DNA of 64,000 nt from Amphiscolops sp. MND2022 (GCA_964187785.1 OZ076409.1:34722001-34786000); one strand, 5' to 3'; counted from the first letter of the stretch, positions 12,401 to 27,005 are shown. The notes: generated by a model not told the origin, from the letters alone. Made by a program: numbers and translations.

Positions 12401-14642
12401 TCTTTTTTTTGCGGATCGAAATGCGCCAGGCTTTGTGCTTCAGTATTTTTTTTGATTGTACAAAATCATCATTTACTTCTTTTGTCCACTCCAATTTTAC
12501 AACTTTCTTTAACAATCTTCCTATCCTATCGGTCTTTTTGCAGAGGTTATTCAGAAGTTTTGACAAATGTAGGATTTATCCCAAGAAGGATTTTTATTCT
12601 TTGGTGTTTATGGGTGCTTTCAGCTTCGTTATGGCTTCAGTTTTATCTTTGATTGGCTTAACCTCATTCTTGGTAATTTGATACACCAGCCAGGTTAGTT
12701 CTTTTTTGAGTATTTCCGCCTTTTTCTCTGTTCCTCGATAGCCAGCTTCTTGTAGCTTGGATAGGACATCGTACAGTTCTTGTTCATGTTCTTCTATTGT
12801 CCCGTTTGTGACGCAAATGATGTCGTCTAGCCAGACTGGTGTTTTCATTTCTGGGACCATGTTTATATGCTCTTGAAACTTGTCAGGGATATCCGTTTGG
12901 CCGTAAACGCCTTTCTTGAATCGATAATTTCTCGTAAAGTCACCGCCAATATTTAAAAACACAGTGTCTTGACGCCTCTATGGATAGTTTTGCCTATCCG
13001 TAGGCGTAGTCTAAGTCAATTTTGGACATGCATTTTTCGCCGTTGCTTTTTGTAATCTTTTCAGGTTTTTTACTGGTTAATTGTTCCATATTTGTGATTG
13101 TCGTTTTTCTCTTTATGCATGATGTGTTCAATTTTCGGGAATCCAATGCATATTTTACCGACTTGTCTTCTTTGATTGTTATCACTGCCGGTGATACGAA
13201 ACAGTTTCTGTTGTTTTGTCGGCTTTTTCTTCATGTTCTTTTTCAATCAATTTTTCCAGTTCGTAATTCACTATTTTTTGAAAATGGATAGGTACCGGCC
13301 TCCCTTTATGTTGTATCGACTTGGCGTGTTTGTTCAATTGAATGTCTATAGTTAGGTCTTTTATTGTGTGGTTCTTTCTATAAAAGTTTTCAAATTCTTC
13401 GAAAAGTTTCTCACCTCTTCCGTTGGCGGTTATGATCCGCATGGCATTCGTCTCGCGGTTACCTTGTAGATCAATCATCAGTTTGTCTTGCAAGTCCTGT
13501 CTTGCAAGCAGAGGTCGTGTGTTTTCCTTTTCGGTGATTAATATTGGCAGTGTCACTTTGTTTCTTTCCGTTTTGACTTCCACCAAGGCTTCACCTATGA
13601 ATTATTTTGGACTTTTGTTTACGTCAACAAAGCACATTGAAGTCGTCTTGATGTCTTTTGGATTAATAATGGGCGGGATTATCGTTACTGGAGAACCAGT
13701 GTCAATAATGAATTCTATTGGTTGTCCCCCCATCAATAGTATTGCTTTGTAGAAGTCTACGCAATGAATGCCGTTGACGGACTGGATATGGTCTATCTCC
13801 GGCCAAGACTCCGCGTTGCCGCCGGTATGTTCTTCCTGTATCCGACTTACTGTTTTCGAATCGGCATACGTTTGCAAAATGTCCAGATTTTTGCAGTTGT
13901 TGCATTTAGGCTCCCGTTCCGAGCAGATGTGTTCGGGTGTCCAATTTGACTTCCTGCAGAAATGACAATTTCGTTCCAAGTTTTTCTGTTTGTTGGTAAA
14001 TGTAGCTTTTTTCTTCGGTGCTGGTTTAGTGTATCCGACTTGTTCGTCTTCGGATGTGCTTTCGAAGTAATTTTTCCGCTGTCTATTGGATTTGGTTTGT
14101 TCGTCTCCGTATTTGTGGTTCTAGTTATCTAGCTCTATGGTTTCAAGTTTTAGCTGTAGTTTCCATGGACCTTTTATGAATTTATTGCGGGCCTTCTTGT
14201 CATTTATTGATGCCGCAACTTTGTAGGTGATGATATCTTCCGGTGTGATGGTGTTGAGTTCGCACTTCCTTTGGATGTCTACTAGTCTCTTCCAGTATTC
14301 ATCTAGGGTCTCATTGTCTTCTTGTTTGATGTTGAAGAATTGGGTTCTACTATGGAATACATTTCTTGTGGCTAAAAAAGGTCTTTTAGAACAGTTTCAA
14401 CAGTTCTTGTATACTGATGTCCTTGAGCTCTTTTCCCCATTGGCCTCTCATGATCTCGTGTTTTGGCTTTGGGGCCAATTCCCATATAACATCGCCTTTG
14501 ATGTGATATGCTGTAGGGGGTCCATGGAGTCAAATCCCTGTTCTATCAGTTTTTCTATTTTCTTCTGATATGTCAGGTCGATATATTCCGATATCTGCTC
14601 CCACCACATTTTGGGGTTGATTTTTGATACGTTGTTTTCCAC
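9423..14642 (-). pseudogene. Disrupted Gypsy gag-pol
   Basis: ORF fragments 14448-14642 (gag), 13602-13979 (CCHC knuckles and protease), 12594-13185 (RT), 10644-11263 (integrase zinc finger and core) and 9423-10094 (integrase C-terminus), in shifting frames. Confidence 0.9.
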
Positions 14643-14707
14643 ATTTTCTGTTGTTGATGTTCGTATTGTCCATTATTTTTCTGGTTCTTTCGTTAATGAT
14701 TGCGCCA

Positions 14708-14912
14708 TTTTATAGATTCGTAAAAAGAATGATAGTAAGAAACTTTCAAATTAAGAGCTTTTCAGTATCACAATCACAACTAAGAGCTGCATCAACATAA
14801 AGTTTAACATCATTTGAATTGTATGTGGTATGGTTTTATTGTTTATTGGCAGGTACTATTCAGGATTCAGAATAATGGTAATTGTCTAGACTGTCTAGTC
14901 GTCACCTCTACA
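14708..14912 (-). repeat. Gypsy 5' LTR
   Basis: Direct repeat of 9017-9228 with about 17 substitutions and a 7-bp indel (hand count). Confidence 0.93.
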
Positions 14913-16312
14913 TGCGCTTTCGAAAAAAGAACATCTGAACCAAAGGAAACTGGGTGTCCAACCTGTGTAACATGATTTTTGAGTAATCGGTTGGCATAGC
15001 CGGCTTTAATGAGTGTCATGGGTTTTCATCCAAGTCATTGTTACCTCAATCTCTTCAATTAAACTCTTCAAACTGTTTGGTATACAAAGGCTTTCAAGAA
15101 GTGGCTACGTGTGACTAATAAAAAACAAAATTCACATGAAGGAACTGAGGAAAAACTTCAATTAGTTTAGGTCAAAAACGCCCAGAAGTTGAATTCCAGA
15201 GTAGATATGTTGTTTGTTACCGTCTGTTTTGAATCAAACTGCTGAATTTTTTTCACTCCATGCTAATCTGAAAACTATATAAACAAACGTAATTTCCCAT
15301 TTTGTAATCACTGCTTGAGTCTGTGGTTGACTCTCGCCTCTGTTTATAAATTGAAGCTAACAAATACCTAAAGTTGAATCCAAAGGCAGGTGTTTTTCTA
15401 AATGTAGGCTCGCTGGTTCGACCTATATAGCTTTTTGAGTACTAATTCATTTCCCACAGTCATTAGTGCTAGTACAGAAGGAGGAGACATAAAATCAAAG
15501 ATATCTATGAGCCATAGGATGCAATTCTGTTCTTAATGAAGCAATATCATCTTTCAGCGCGAACTGGGTAGTCACTGCTGCCAGCAGACTTCTTTTCAAG
15601 CAAGGTTGAGCAAACATAAGACCTAGGAAATGTTTTTTAACCATGGGGGCGAAAGTGCATGATGAAATTAAGCCAATCTTTTTCGCCTAAGGCGACTTTA
15701 TTTCCAAACGCCATTTGTTTTGCGTTGATTTTTTATATCTTTCTGAGGCTTGGATACATCTGAGAGTTATCTATACGTTATACGTTAGAGTGCAAATTGT
15801 TAGCTCCCAGGTCATCAAATATTACACTTTTCAGACATTAAGTCATTATTGTCAATCGCAGATGGCATATTATATTAGTGTCAAACGCTCAGATGGTGTT
15901 ACAATGCTTTTTTTGGAAATGAGAGAAAATCTGATGTAGGATTTCTTGGTTGTCGATGCTTTTGAACTCAGTCTCTAAAACGAGACAGTTATTCGAACAG
16001 AAACTAAACTTTTGTTTAAAAAGACTGAACCAAAATGCCTATTGAATTGTTCAACATTAGCGGCATCGATGCCATCTTGAGCTATCTTGTACTCTTTCTT
16101 TGGGATTGAGTTATACTCATCCAAATATTTAAGCCTGTTTAACAATCTTCAATCTTTGCGTTGTTTCGGGAGTTGTCTTTGTTCACAAGCTGTGTTGAAA
16201 AAAATGAAGTAATAAAAATAGAGCAAACCAGAATAATTGTGTGAGATGTGTAGCTTGGGGGAAAACCGCTTCCCTTGGATTGGTATAGTAAAAATTCCAC
16301 ATTGTGAGGCCG

Positions 16313-16860
16313 AACAAGACGCTAAATGTCTGAAGTCCGCGCTATATCAAAGACTCAAACAGCGCAGTTTTTAAAATATGCCCAGGAAGTTTTCATGAAA
16401 AACTCAGAACAAAGTTTCAAAACACATGCTCAGAAAACGGATCAGAAGTTCGGATATAGCGTGCTGAGACAAATGCGAGTGCTTTTTTTCTATCCTACCC
16501 CTGAGAATTTTGAAACAGTCTCATTGTGCCGAAAAATGTAAAAGAGGAGACCCTTTGGGCTTTTTGAAACTCTAGTTTGTTGCAAAATATCAAACAATTG
16601 AAGGTGACCCTTTGGAGACATATAAAATTTCCAAAAAAGTCTCACAGTGCCAAAAAAATTGAAAGGGGACCCTTTAGTCTCGTCCGGGTTTACAAATGCA
16701 CGAAAAAGTTTCTTGCTGAAGCAGGGACTCGAACCCCTAATCCGATTAAAGCCTGTACTAAAAAGTGGTACATACATACAGGGTGAGCTCTGTAGTCAGA
16801 CGAAAAAAACTAGCCATTGTAATAGTCGGGCTTTTTCTCTTAGGAAAAGCGCCGACTGAA
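16313..16860 (-). mobile_element. DINE-1/HINE-like repeat
   Basis: AACAAG..AAGTCCGCGCTATATC at the left end and AGTCGGGCTTTTT..AAAAGCGCCGACT at the right end. Confidence 0.7.
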
Positions 16861-17262
16861 AAGAACAGAGAGTTTTAAAATCCAAGTGTTTATTCTCACA
16901 ATTTTCAGCAGTGATATTTTGTAGATTGGTTGTTTTTGCTGCATTTTGGCTTTTCTTGGACTTCTATGGGCATCAATGCGCTGAAAGGATACCAAAATTT
17001 TGATCTGAAAATCCACATTGTTTTCTTAGAAATTGAAGTTTGCGAAAATTAGACGGGGTGTTTTCTGATTTGTGAGTTGAACAACAATAAATTCTTGATA
17101 TCCATTGTCTAGAAAAAATCATGAAACAAAGGACGTTCTTGCAAACCTTCGGAAGAACATAGCTTCCCATCACAATCATTTATGCTGAGATACAAGCTGA
17201 TAGAAATGTCGAAAAAAATTTAAATGCTTTCTTTTCAGTTTAAATTCTTTTTGAAAGTTTAA

Positions 17263-17693
17263 CCTTAAGTTGGCCAGGAAAAATCTTGTTCCATCCAAAA
17301 ATCGGGTGCTTCAACTTTAAACCGCAACTTTAAACCGCACTGGCTCCGAACTTTGCGCCAAAACTTTGCACGCGTCGTGTCTATGCTTGCTTTTCAGCAT
17401 GTTTCATAACATGCTGGGGCCGCTTTGACCCAAAGTTGATACCAGTGGGATAAAAGGGGCACAAACGAAAACTGGGAAAATGGAAAATCTGCACTTATTT
17501 TTCTTTTGATTTTGTCGCCTCATTTTCTGGATTTTGGAGACATCACGTCAATTTTCCGTGAAAAGGTGCCGAATGTTATGCAATATTGTCTGAAACTCTT
17601 ATCAAAGGGTTTGCTTTACCATACAATCAGCTGGTGCGTTAAGAATTTGCAGAAACTAAATGTGCCAAATTTGGCACATTTGCCAAGTTAAGG
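17263..17693. mobile_element. piggyBac-like MITE
   Basis: TTAA|CCTTAAGTTGGC ... GCCAAGTTAAGG|TTAA, with a subterminal palindrome TGTGCCAAATTTGGCACA. Confidence 0.75.
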
Positions 17694-17799
17694 TTAAAAA
17701 CGTTGAAATGAGGAGAAATGCTTTATCGATATATGAGCAGCCAAATATGACAAATTGTTTTCTAAGAGTAAAACTTGGATGTTTTCTGATAAAATTGGC

Positions 17800-18000
17800 T
17801 ATTAATTCGTATTCACCAATATTGTCGCAGTAACACAAAAGGCTTCAGGCAACGTGTATTCTGAAATGACTCAAAACTCAGAACAGCCAAGGTTCTCAGC
17901 ATTTGTTAGGGTTGCAACTATGAAGAGATGTACTCTTTGTTCTATCTTGCGGAGGTTTTGACAATTTAGGCGTGTAATTTTTAACAAAAGTGACCCTATT
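17800..18000 (-). pseudogene. Possible very old APE endonuclease N-terminal relic
   Basis: Minus-strand reading LLKITRLNCQNLRK...LGCSE resembles the APE N-terminal LN(C/V)xxL..LxE(T/S)W pattern; highly decayed. Confidence 0.3.
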
Positions 18001-19246
18001 GTCAAAATTTCATTTCAACACTTCGTAAGTTTTTCGCTTTTTCGGAATCTTCGTCTGATAGAATCGCTGAAACTAAAAAACTGCTCGGTTTCTTCAAGAT
18101 TTTATGAAGCTTTCGCCACACATTGCCTTGCTTCCCAGATAAAGTTAAAGCAAGACAGTTGTTTTGTCTGATTGTTTGGTGGCTTTTTACCCACTCTCTC
18201 ACAATCGTTTTGAGGTTCGAGCGTAGCGACATGCTCAAATGCAATAATTCCTCGATTTGATTTGAAATTTTTTTTGTATATATTTCACAAAGTTCGAAGT
18301 TTTTTCGAAATTTTTGATTAAAAACGAGAAGAAAATAACTTGGGTTTGGTGCCAAAAGCATTTAATTGTCCTAAGTTATTTTTTAAACGTTTGGTACGTA
18401 GCAGCTGCTGTTACTCATCACTGGGATATTAGGAGGTATCAAAACAACATCGGCATGCTTTACAAGTTTTTTTAACATATAAGTTATTCAAATGTGCCAA
18501 GAACTGAACGTAAAATGACACCGATTCTTAATCTGGGCAGAAGCTATGACATCAGCTCCACAAACAGTAATGCAAAAGTAAAACCCGAGGGTTGTAACTC
18601 TATTGATTTCAACAAGTCTTTCGAATAAATAGTCTTTCTTCAGCGCCGCAGGAATCCCAGACACGTACAAAAACACAGCAGTTTTGGCAAACCTTATAAT
18701 CATGAGCGATGGGTTTGAACTTGAGATTACACTTGACTCCAATTTTTGTCGGTGAACCAAGTTTGAGATCAACTGAAGCGCTGATAGTTTGGAAGACTTA
18801 AATCGCTTAAGAAACAACTTAGTATTGTCGAATGCTGTCCTATTTATCGACAGAAACTACAATTAGTTCACCGAGAGAGCTGCTTTTGAAAGTTTCCTTG
18901 GTTGCGAGGTGGTCGTTTCTTCAGGACACCTGTCCAGCTACTCGTACGGTTTTTTCCTGCAACGAATTTGCTCTAAAACTTTCTACAGTAACTTCTGATT
19001 GCGCAACGCGAGTTATAGGAAGAATTTCCTCATAAACTAATTTTGATGAAAAAGACAACTCTTTTTTGTTCTTGACGACTTTAGGTGGCTCCGCAATTTT
19101 CAAATAACCAAGGACGTTTTACTATAATGTTCACCTGATAAAAGCGCCCATGACGGTGTACAGATAATGTTGAAGATAAATCTAAGTACTTGTCTTATAT
19201 ATGTTCTTTGTAATTTACTACAACGTTAAACAAGTTCTGAAATGGA

Positions 19247-19680
19247 TTGATAAAAGAAACATGGAAATTCTGGGTTGAATTTAAAAACCTCCGAATATTC
19301 GACTACCTATTATATCGTGTCAAGACACTTGACAACACAGGAAACTACAGACATCAACTCGATGTTGGTGAGGACCAAGTCCCAAAAATCCTAGCGTTGC
19401 TCCATGCGTCACGGGGCCTTTCGGTATTGAAAACAAAATATATCAAAGAGCTCAAAAACAATTTTTCAGGCCTGGAATGAAGCGAGATGTCAAAGAATGG
19501 GTCGGGTCGACAGCTGTGATAAATGTCTTAGAAGAAAAAGAACACCTCAGAAACATAGACATAGTTTAAAAACTTGGAAACCTACTCACCCTTTCTGGCA
19601 AGTGTCACTGGATGTCATGGGCTCGCTGCCGGAGTCCAACGGAAAGAAATACATCCTACTCATTGGAGTTTCAACACCTA
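19247..19680 (+). pseudogene. Gypsy integrase fragment
   Basis: ILALLH..., CDKCLRRK..HRHSL..WKPTHPFWQVSLDVMGSLPESNGKKYILLIG (HHCC finger and start of the catalytic core). Confidence 0.85.
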
Positions 19681-20723
19681 TACTTTCGGGTCGCTATTCA
19701 GCAACTCAGCCGTTTTAATGAGTGCAAACCATTTCTGATGGATGTGAAACTATTTCGAAAAAGTGGAAAAAGACTGCGTAGCTGAAGAATCGAGAAGAAC
19801 AGCTCGATTAGGAATATCTCCGAAATATTATCCAACACGAAATCGAAGAAAATGTATTTAGAAAAAGAAGACTGTGAACGAGTATGTTTACTACTTGCCT
19901 GAAATATACCGAATTATATCAGAAGTGGCACCAGGACTAAATAGAATACAAGGCTGCACATCAGAAGGTCGAAACGTTGCTACAGAAGACACGGTGAGTT
20001 CGGTGGAACTGATATAATAGTTGCTCAATTTGTCGAGCTTCGACTAGAGATTGCACTCATCAGAGCAGAAAACAGCGCCCTTGAAGAACAGTTATACACA
20101 GAAGGAAGCACAGCCAATCGAAGAGAAGATGCATCCCGACGAATAGTTCAACGAACTGAACTGAACGTGAAAACGCAACGGGACAAATTTAGACAATAAA
20201 ATGATGAATCGGAAAAACAACGCACCCTGGTTAGAAGTGAAAGAGCTAAAGCAAAAGTGACAGAGAAACTGATCAGAGATTTGAAACAAAAGAACATGCG
20301 CCAACGACCGTTCTCGCTCTACGAACTTCTTTTGGTAAGCGGACGAAGAAACCATAATAAGAAAGTACACGAAACTGGCTACAATGACACATCCTGACGT
20401 CGGGGGATATGAAGAACACTTCAAAACATTTTTCAGGGCATTTTCTGTTTTGTAGGGTAACGCAGGCAGATATCTACATGACGTCTTCGGAGTTGAAGGA
20501 GCAGAAGAAGAACTATCGCGAAGAAACAATTGGAGCGAGTCAAAGCAGGCCGCAACGAATAACAAAAAGTCTCTCATATAATACTAAAGAAGGAAGGATC
20601 CACGTGTGTTCACTTGCAAGTGAAAAAAATCACGAACAGGTTTCGTTCAAAAAATGTGTCATCACGTCAAGAAGTATCTCTTACGAACGGGTGTTGTTCT
20701 GGGAAATCATGGGTTTCACAAAA

Positions 20724-21168
20724 AACAAGTCAGGAACGTCTAAAGTCGGCGCTATATCTAAGGCTCAAAAAACGCAAAATACTTTTTTTAAAAAAACATT
20801 TTTTTCTTTCGAAAACGTCGCATAGTGCCAAAAAATGTAGACGGGGGGACCCTTTGGGCTTCATTAACATATATTCTGTTGCAAAATATAAAAAAGCTCG
20901 AAAGGGGGACTCTTTTGAGACATTTCAAAATTTTCGAAAAGTCGCACAGTGCCGAAAAAAATTGAAAGGGGGACCCTTTAGTTTCTTCTGGTTCTGTAGG
21001 TTACGTAAAAAAGGTTAAAAATTAAAGAAGGGACCCTTTGCACTAAGTTTGCATTGGCCGGACTCGGCCTGAGTGGTTTTATCAGTTTCTGTAAAAAGTG
21101 GTACATACGCGATGAGGTCTGAGTTCTGACGAAAAAAGAAGAAAAAAAACTAGAAAAGCGCCGACTAA
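20724..21168 (-). mobile_element. DINE-1/HINE-like repeat
   Basis: AACAAGTCAGGAACGTCTAAAGTCGGCGCTATATCTAAGGCTC ... AAAAGCGCCGACTAA. Confidence 0.72.
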
Positions 21169-22501
21169 AAACAAAGAGGGGCACAAAAAATTGGTTTAGG
21201 GTCAGCAGCGTCGAAATGGTAAATTGTTGCACCAGATCAACTGCTTACAAGATGACTATGCGCGTGCCATTGAGGAGCTTGAAGAGGAAAGCCAGCAGTA
21301 CCAGCGACTTACAGCCAAAGGTGCCAGCTTCGATGCAGTGGCACACCACCTACCCTCTATCAAATTTTGTTGGTTCCCCCTGAAGAATCAGGGGAGCTGA
21401 TAACTGCCCATTTCCTGAAAATGAGTGTGCTAATTAAAGGCAGAGACGGGGAGATGGTTAAGCGTCTCCAACAAGCACACAGATTACTCCGAAGTCCAGA
21501 AGCTGGCGCAACTTACGATGGTGAAGGAAAAGAGGCACCAGACTGTTTTCAATGCCAACTAAAGAACTGACTTAAGCTTCAGTTCATTGGTCTGTTCAGC
21601 CAACTTCTCTCAGGGAAGGAGAAAATATAGGAAACTTATATAAGGAGTGTTGTGAAAATTTAAAACTACTAAACGTTAAACGTGCAGACTGATTTACGTC
21701 GAGAAATAGAATATTGTTATCAGATGTATCAAGGCGGTGGACGTTTGATCAAATGAATTTGCGCGAATATGCAATCTGTCACTGAGATCGAAGCAAAATG
21801 GTCAAAGAAACCGAGATCGAATCAATGTTTTTCAAAACCTAGCGTTTCCAAATAACAATGTTATTGGCCGTCGGATGTGCCCCCATTTCCTCTGGGGCCC
21901 CGCGGCCCCTTGAGGCCTCTTATGTTCCCATCTTGCTAAGCGAGGTCGAACAGGAGCAAAGACCTAGAGGGAACGGAGATCGCGAAGCGATCGTAGTGGG
22001 AGCTGGTTTTGCGACGGTGAGGGTGAACGTGAATACATCGTATATGACCACATATTAGGTGCGGAAAAGTAAATTAATCATTTTAAACGCTTTTAAACGC
22101 CTTGAAATAGCAAAAATCTAGCAAAAAGGAACCAATTCGATCTCAAAATTTTCAATCCATTTTCGATCTCGCTTTTCGCTCACACAAAAGCTCGATCCAA
22201 AATTACCCCACCATATATCAAAACATGGGTGGTATGGAGCCGTCGTTGAAAAACAATTTGTAGTATCCAGTTTGTAGAAAAGTGAAGTCCAGTTTGTAGA
22301 AGTTTTTAAAACAAACTGGACCTTGGTATTATTTTTACGACCAGTTTGTAAAAAAAACCAGTCAGTTTGTTGAAAAACAGTTTGTAAAATCGAGTTTATA
22401 AATCATCAGTTCAAGAAGAATAACGATAAGACCATTATTGTAGGAATGATGCAAACCCTAAAACGTGCCTCGGATTTGGCCCCATTTCCTCTAGTTCCCC
22501 G

Positions 22502-22635
22502 CGGGAATAACGTATTCAAGGATGACGTCTGAAATTTAATGTATGAAATTAATGAAAGGAGCATAATTTGATTTCAGATCAGGATCGCATATTTGATTTA
22601 TAACACGCTTAATTTGTGACAGCAATCATCTGAAA
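22502..22635 (+). repeat. ~134-bp repeat inverted relative to 29482-29615 (TIR-like); its tail also forms bases 1-31 of the window
   Basis: CGGGAATAACGTATTCAAGGAT...GTGACAGCAATCATCTGAAA matches the reverse complement of 29482-29615. Confidence 0.85.
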
Positions 22636-25600
22636 GGCTTGCTATATAGAGATCGAATTTCCGAGGTCGTACGGAATGAGGTTGACTACTGTGGTCGAAT
22701 TACACAGGTCGAACGAGCTGAGATCGAACTTGGTAGAACACGTCGGGTCGAAATTTATCAAATTTCTCGAATCGAAACAGTTTTTGAAATTCGACACAAT
22801 TCAATCTCCAGAATTGTCACTGGTCGACCCGAGAAGGTACCCTTGTTTCCGACCTGAGGGATTCGATCCGTATCCGCACACCCAATTCTACAAACTGGAC
22901 CTAATTCACATGGGTTGTCCGGGTTCGACAACCTTAGTTTAACCGACTGTCAGGGTTCGATCGTAAGATATCGGGAATAAACAGTAAGTTGTCGGGGCTC
23001 GATGGAAATGTGAATAAAACAAAAACGGCGGGACTTGCCAATAATGACACTGATAAAGGGTATAAAAAGAAGCTGAGAGAAGGTTGACATTTGATAGATA
23101 CTTTGTTCTACCTAAATTGCTAAACGATAAACTCTGATTTATTCTCTAGAAAGATTTCCAAATTATTCTTCCCTCAACATCCTTCTAATCCTATCTTCAA
23201 AGCCAAAACCTATCTCTCTGTGCTAGGCAGAGATACTATACTGATGATAGAATTAAGGGTTCAGTCCAGCAAGCTATCACCTATTTTGAATACGGTACAA
23301 GTTTATATCAAGAATATGAGGATATATATAATTTCTGTATGAAAAACCCTATTTGCGGGAGGATGTTAATAATAGCAGTTCATGAGTCTATATATTCAGT
23401 TTATTTGAATTCAAAATGTAGTTTCTGAGTTGTTCACAATCAGTCAATACACACTTTCCTGCCTCAGTCACTTGCTCATACACAAACAATTAACTTCCTA
23501 TGAAATGAAAATACCACCCAGAGAAGGCTTTGACTGCTGTATTGCAGCAGTCTCTATTGAAAAGAGGAAAATTTTGCTGGGATCAATATACGTACATTTA
23601 GGAAACACTGAAAACATCGAAAGCGCCACAGATGTTCTGACTGAAGTGTATACGTTATGCAAAAATGAAAATATTACCGGACCAATAATCTTCGGGGATT
23701 AGAATTCGAGGCATCCACTATGGGGCGATAATTTAGAAAAGAAATATGGTAAATTACTCGCCGACTACTGAGCCGACAATGGTCTTTCTATAATAAGCCC
23801 TCACCAGGCCATTTTTGTCTCAGCAAGCAAGAACGGTAGCAGCATAATCGATTTTTGCATCACTGAACAAAAATGCTCTGATCTGGTATGCATTGCACGA
23901 GTGATCGAAGATATCGAATTCTTCTCTGGTGCTCCAGAGCAAGGTCATTGGCATGTTCTATTTGATATAGATATTCCTGTGAATTATGATAATCCTAAAC
24001 GGGGTGTGCTAAACTACAAAATGGCAAATTGGGAAGAAATAAGTATACAACTGGAAAATATTATGGTGGAAAACATGGATAGCATGATAACGGAAGCACC
24101 TACGAAAGCTCTCCTAATATTTATAGGCCTAGTGAGAGGAGTTTGTGAAAATTCGATTCCACGCAAAACACTTTGCAAATATTCCAAACCATACTGGAGC
24201 AATAAATTGACTCACTTATCGCAAAAATTGAAAGATGCACGCAAAAAATATAGACTCCAATGTAACCCAAAAACAAGAACATTGTTGAAATGGCTAAAAT
24301 CGAATTCAAAAAGGAAATGCAAAAGAATAATACCCGTTGGACGCAAAATGGCATCATGGAAATTAATGAGAAAACTCTAAAACATTTTTCGATAATATCC
24401 GCAAATTCAATGGTTCAATGGACTTAAATAACATAGGAGTACTTCGTCACAAGGGTAGGACACTGAAAAAGGATTGCCATAAAGCTGCGCTCTTTTAACG
24501 TATTTTCTTCGATGGTGCACACCTAACTGGTAAACTATTTGACGCCGCTTTTTATGAAAAAACAAAAGTAGAAGTGAAAGAGACGTTGGCTCACACCGTT
24601 GGGGATTATCACAATGAGGAGGTCAAGAATGATCTAAACATGCGTATTACAATGGATGGGATGAACTTAAACAAGCTATAAAGAAAATGAAGACAAACAA
24701 CGAGGGCGTTGATCCTTATGGCCTTCATCCTAAACTATTACAGAAATTCAAATTTAACACCATTAGCATATGTTTGCACTTGCTAAACAGTGCAATCTTC
24801 ATGGGGATTTGGCCATTTGATAAAACAATAGTCAAATTCTTGAAAAAAACTGGCAAAACTGATTTTTCTAATCCACCTTCATGGAGACCTATTTCACTTA
24901 CATCCCATTTAGGAAAAGTAGTTAAACGAGTGATAGATAGAAGACTAAGATCATCAGATATCCTCGACATGGATGAGCAACAATTTGGTTTTCAACCAGG
25001 CAAGTCAACTTTGCAATACTTATACAAAATATATCATGATATCTTAGCAATGAAAAATTTACCAATAGCAACAGTATATGATCTAGAGAAAGCTTTTGAT
25101 TCCGTAGATCAAACTTTATTGCTAAGCAACCTAATAAACAGTGGTGCAAATGGTCCAATGTTAGCTACTATAAAATCTTTTTTACCGAATCGGAAAGTCA
25201 CTATCCAAGTCAATGATTATATCGACATGTCATTTGTCCCTCTTGATGGTTTACCTCAGGGGATGTACTGTCACCACTTTTGTTTATATTTTATATGAAG
25301 GGCTTCCTCCATGATGCGGACTTAACATATAAGTATGCAGATGACAGTACTTGTCTTTCAAGCAAGGAAAACTTGAGCGCATCTTTAGAAAGGCAGAAAA
25401 CTATACATACAAATGGAGGCAGGTGCTGAATAGACAAAACTGAACATGTAAATTTCTCAAAAGAAATATCTCAGTCCGACAATAAATTTGTTGAGAGAAG
25501 TAAAATACTGGGCCTATGGTTTGAGCGAGATTTGAGTTTCAAAACACATGCTGCCCTTACCTTTGCCTCAGTGGTTAATTTCTGGAAAGAAACTAGTATA

Positions 25601-27005
25601 CTTATAATGCAAGGATTATATCCATTTCACGCTGTTTGTATCTTTGATTCATATGTGAAACGGAGTGTACGCTTTGATCTAATTGCTTGGGTCTAATGGA
25701 ATTAGATCTAACTGTTAGGTCTAACTTTCAGATCTAATTTTATTTAAAATACTTAGGTCTAACCCCTTTATAATCTAATATGTGTTCTGAAAGCGAAAAT
25801 ATATTGTGGGGCATATGCGATGTATGCACGCTCGCCCTCACCGTCGCAAAGGCCAGCTCCCACTACGATCGCTTCGCGATCTCCGTTCCGGCTACGTCTT
25901 TGCTCCTGTTCGACCTCGCTTAGCAAGATGGGAATTAAAGCGGCCCCAAGGGGCCGCGGGGCACTAGAGGAAATGTGGACATATCCGAGGCACGTTTTTT
26001 ACTTTATATCACTTTTTAGTTTTAGATCCTCATTGACTTATTTTTTTCTCAAATTAGATCAAGTTAGAAGAGATTTTTAGACCTGATTATTTAGATCAAT
26101 TTGTTTAGATCTCAGTTTTGCCCCCTTTCTTAGATCTATTTCATTAGACCTGATTCCACGTAGCCATGTGAAACCACGTGTAGCGTACTGTATGACTATA
26201 TGGTTTCATCAAAATATGACATCTCTGGACAAGATGTGGTGGAGTGTTCATAAATCTATCTTTGGGATAAGAAACCACCGAGTATCGAAACACGTACTTA
26301 GTGTTTTAAGTAATATTTGGCCTCCTTCTCTACTCTACACTTATCAAGTCTTTATGTTTCTACTTTCAACTGCTAAAAGTGCAGATATTCTAAACCCCGG
26401 TAATTTAGCAATTATACCCCAACATATTAATATGGTGAGATTCTTTTTGATACACAAACTTTCAATTGTAAATCGTGATCCCGATGAAATCAAGGAAATT
26501 TACATACAATATGCTAAACAATCCTCAGTCAATACTTTTAAGAAGGAGGTGGATGAGTATTGCAGGCACTTATGGCAACGAGAAATAAAGCAAGGTCTTA
26601 TGTACTCAAATTACTCAGGGCTTAAATTAAGAAACAGCATCATGAAAATGCTTGCATCATATCCTAGGAAAGTTTCTGTCAAAAACGCTACGTGTTCTAA
26701 TGAATGATTTTGAAGTACGCGAAGTATTATTCAGAAGTAAAAAGAGCAAAACCGATATTTGTCCCTATTGTAGAGTTGTCGATGATACTGCACATTTCTT
26801 ATTTTCCTGTGTCTCATACCAAGAAAATCGAAAGAGATTCATTGGGTGGCTGTAAATAGGTCGAATTTTTCTGGTCGAAAGGACAGAGGTCGAACCTTTT
26901 GGTTCGAATTGCAGGGATCGAATGGAATGCGGTCGAATTTTATCGTATTTGATGTATGGCTAGGGGTATTATTGCCGCGGGCGTATAATTGATATACTCT
27001 AATGT
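22605..27005 (+). repeat. Near-identical duplicate of window 1-4400
   Basis: Same ORF track at offset 22604-22605, with scattered SNPs and a 1-bp indel near 3760/26363. Confidence 0.97.
25662..26165. mobile_element. MITE with 9-bp TSD (duplicate of 3058-3561)
   Basis: ATGTGAAAC on both sides. Confidence 0.88.

Larger units (their letters stand above)
9017..14912 (-). mobile_element. Full-length decayed Ty3/Gypsy LTR retrotransposon
   Basis: Paired ~210-bp LTRs with a 5-bp TSD TACGC/TGCGC. PPT at 9229-9240 and a PBS starting TGGCGC at 14707 on the minus strand. Domain order is gag knuckles, PR (IIDTGSPVTII), RT (KIDLDYAYG, WLDDII), RH, IN (EIQLDFAGP). Confidence 0.95.

Noticed and set aside
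19740..20720. Purine-rich coding-like stretch
   Set aside because: Multiple stops and no recognisable motif; probably a decayed element that I cannot assign.
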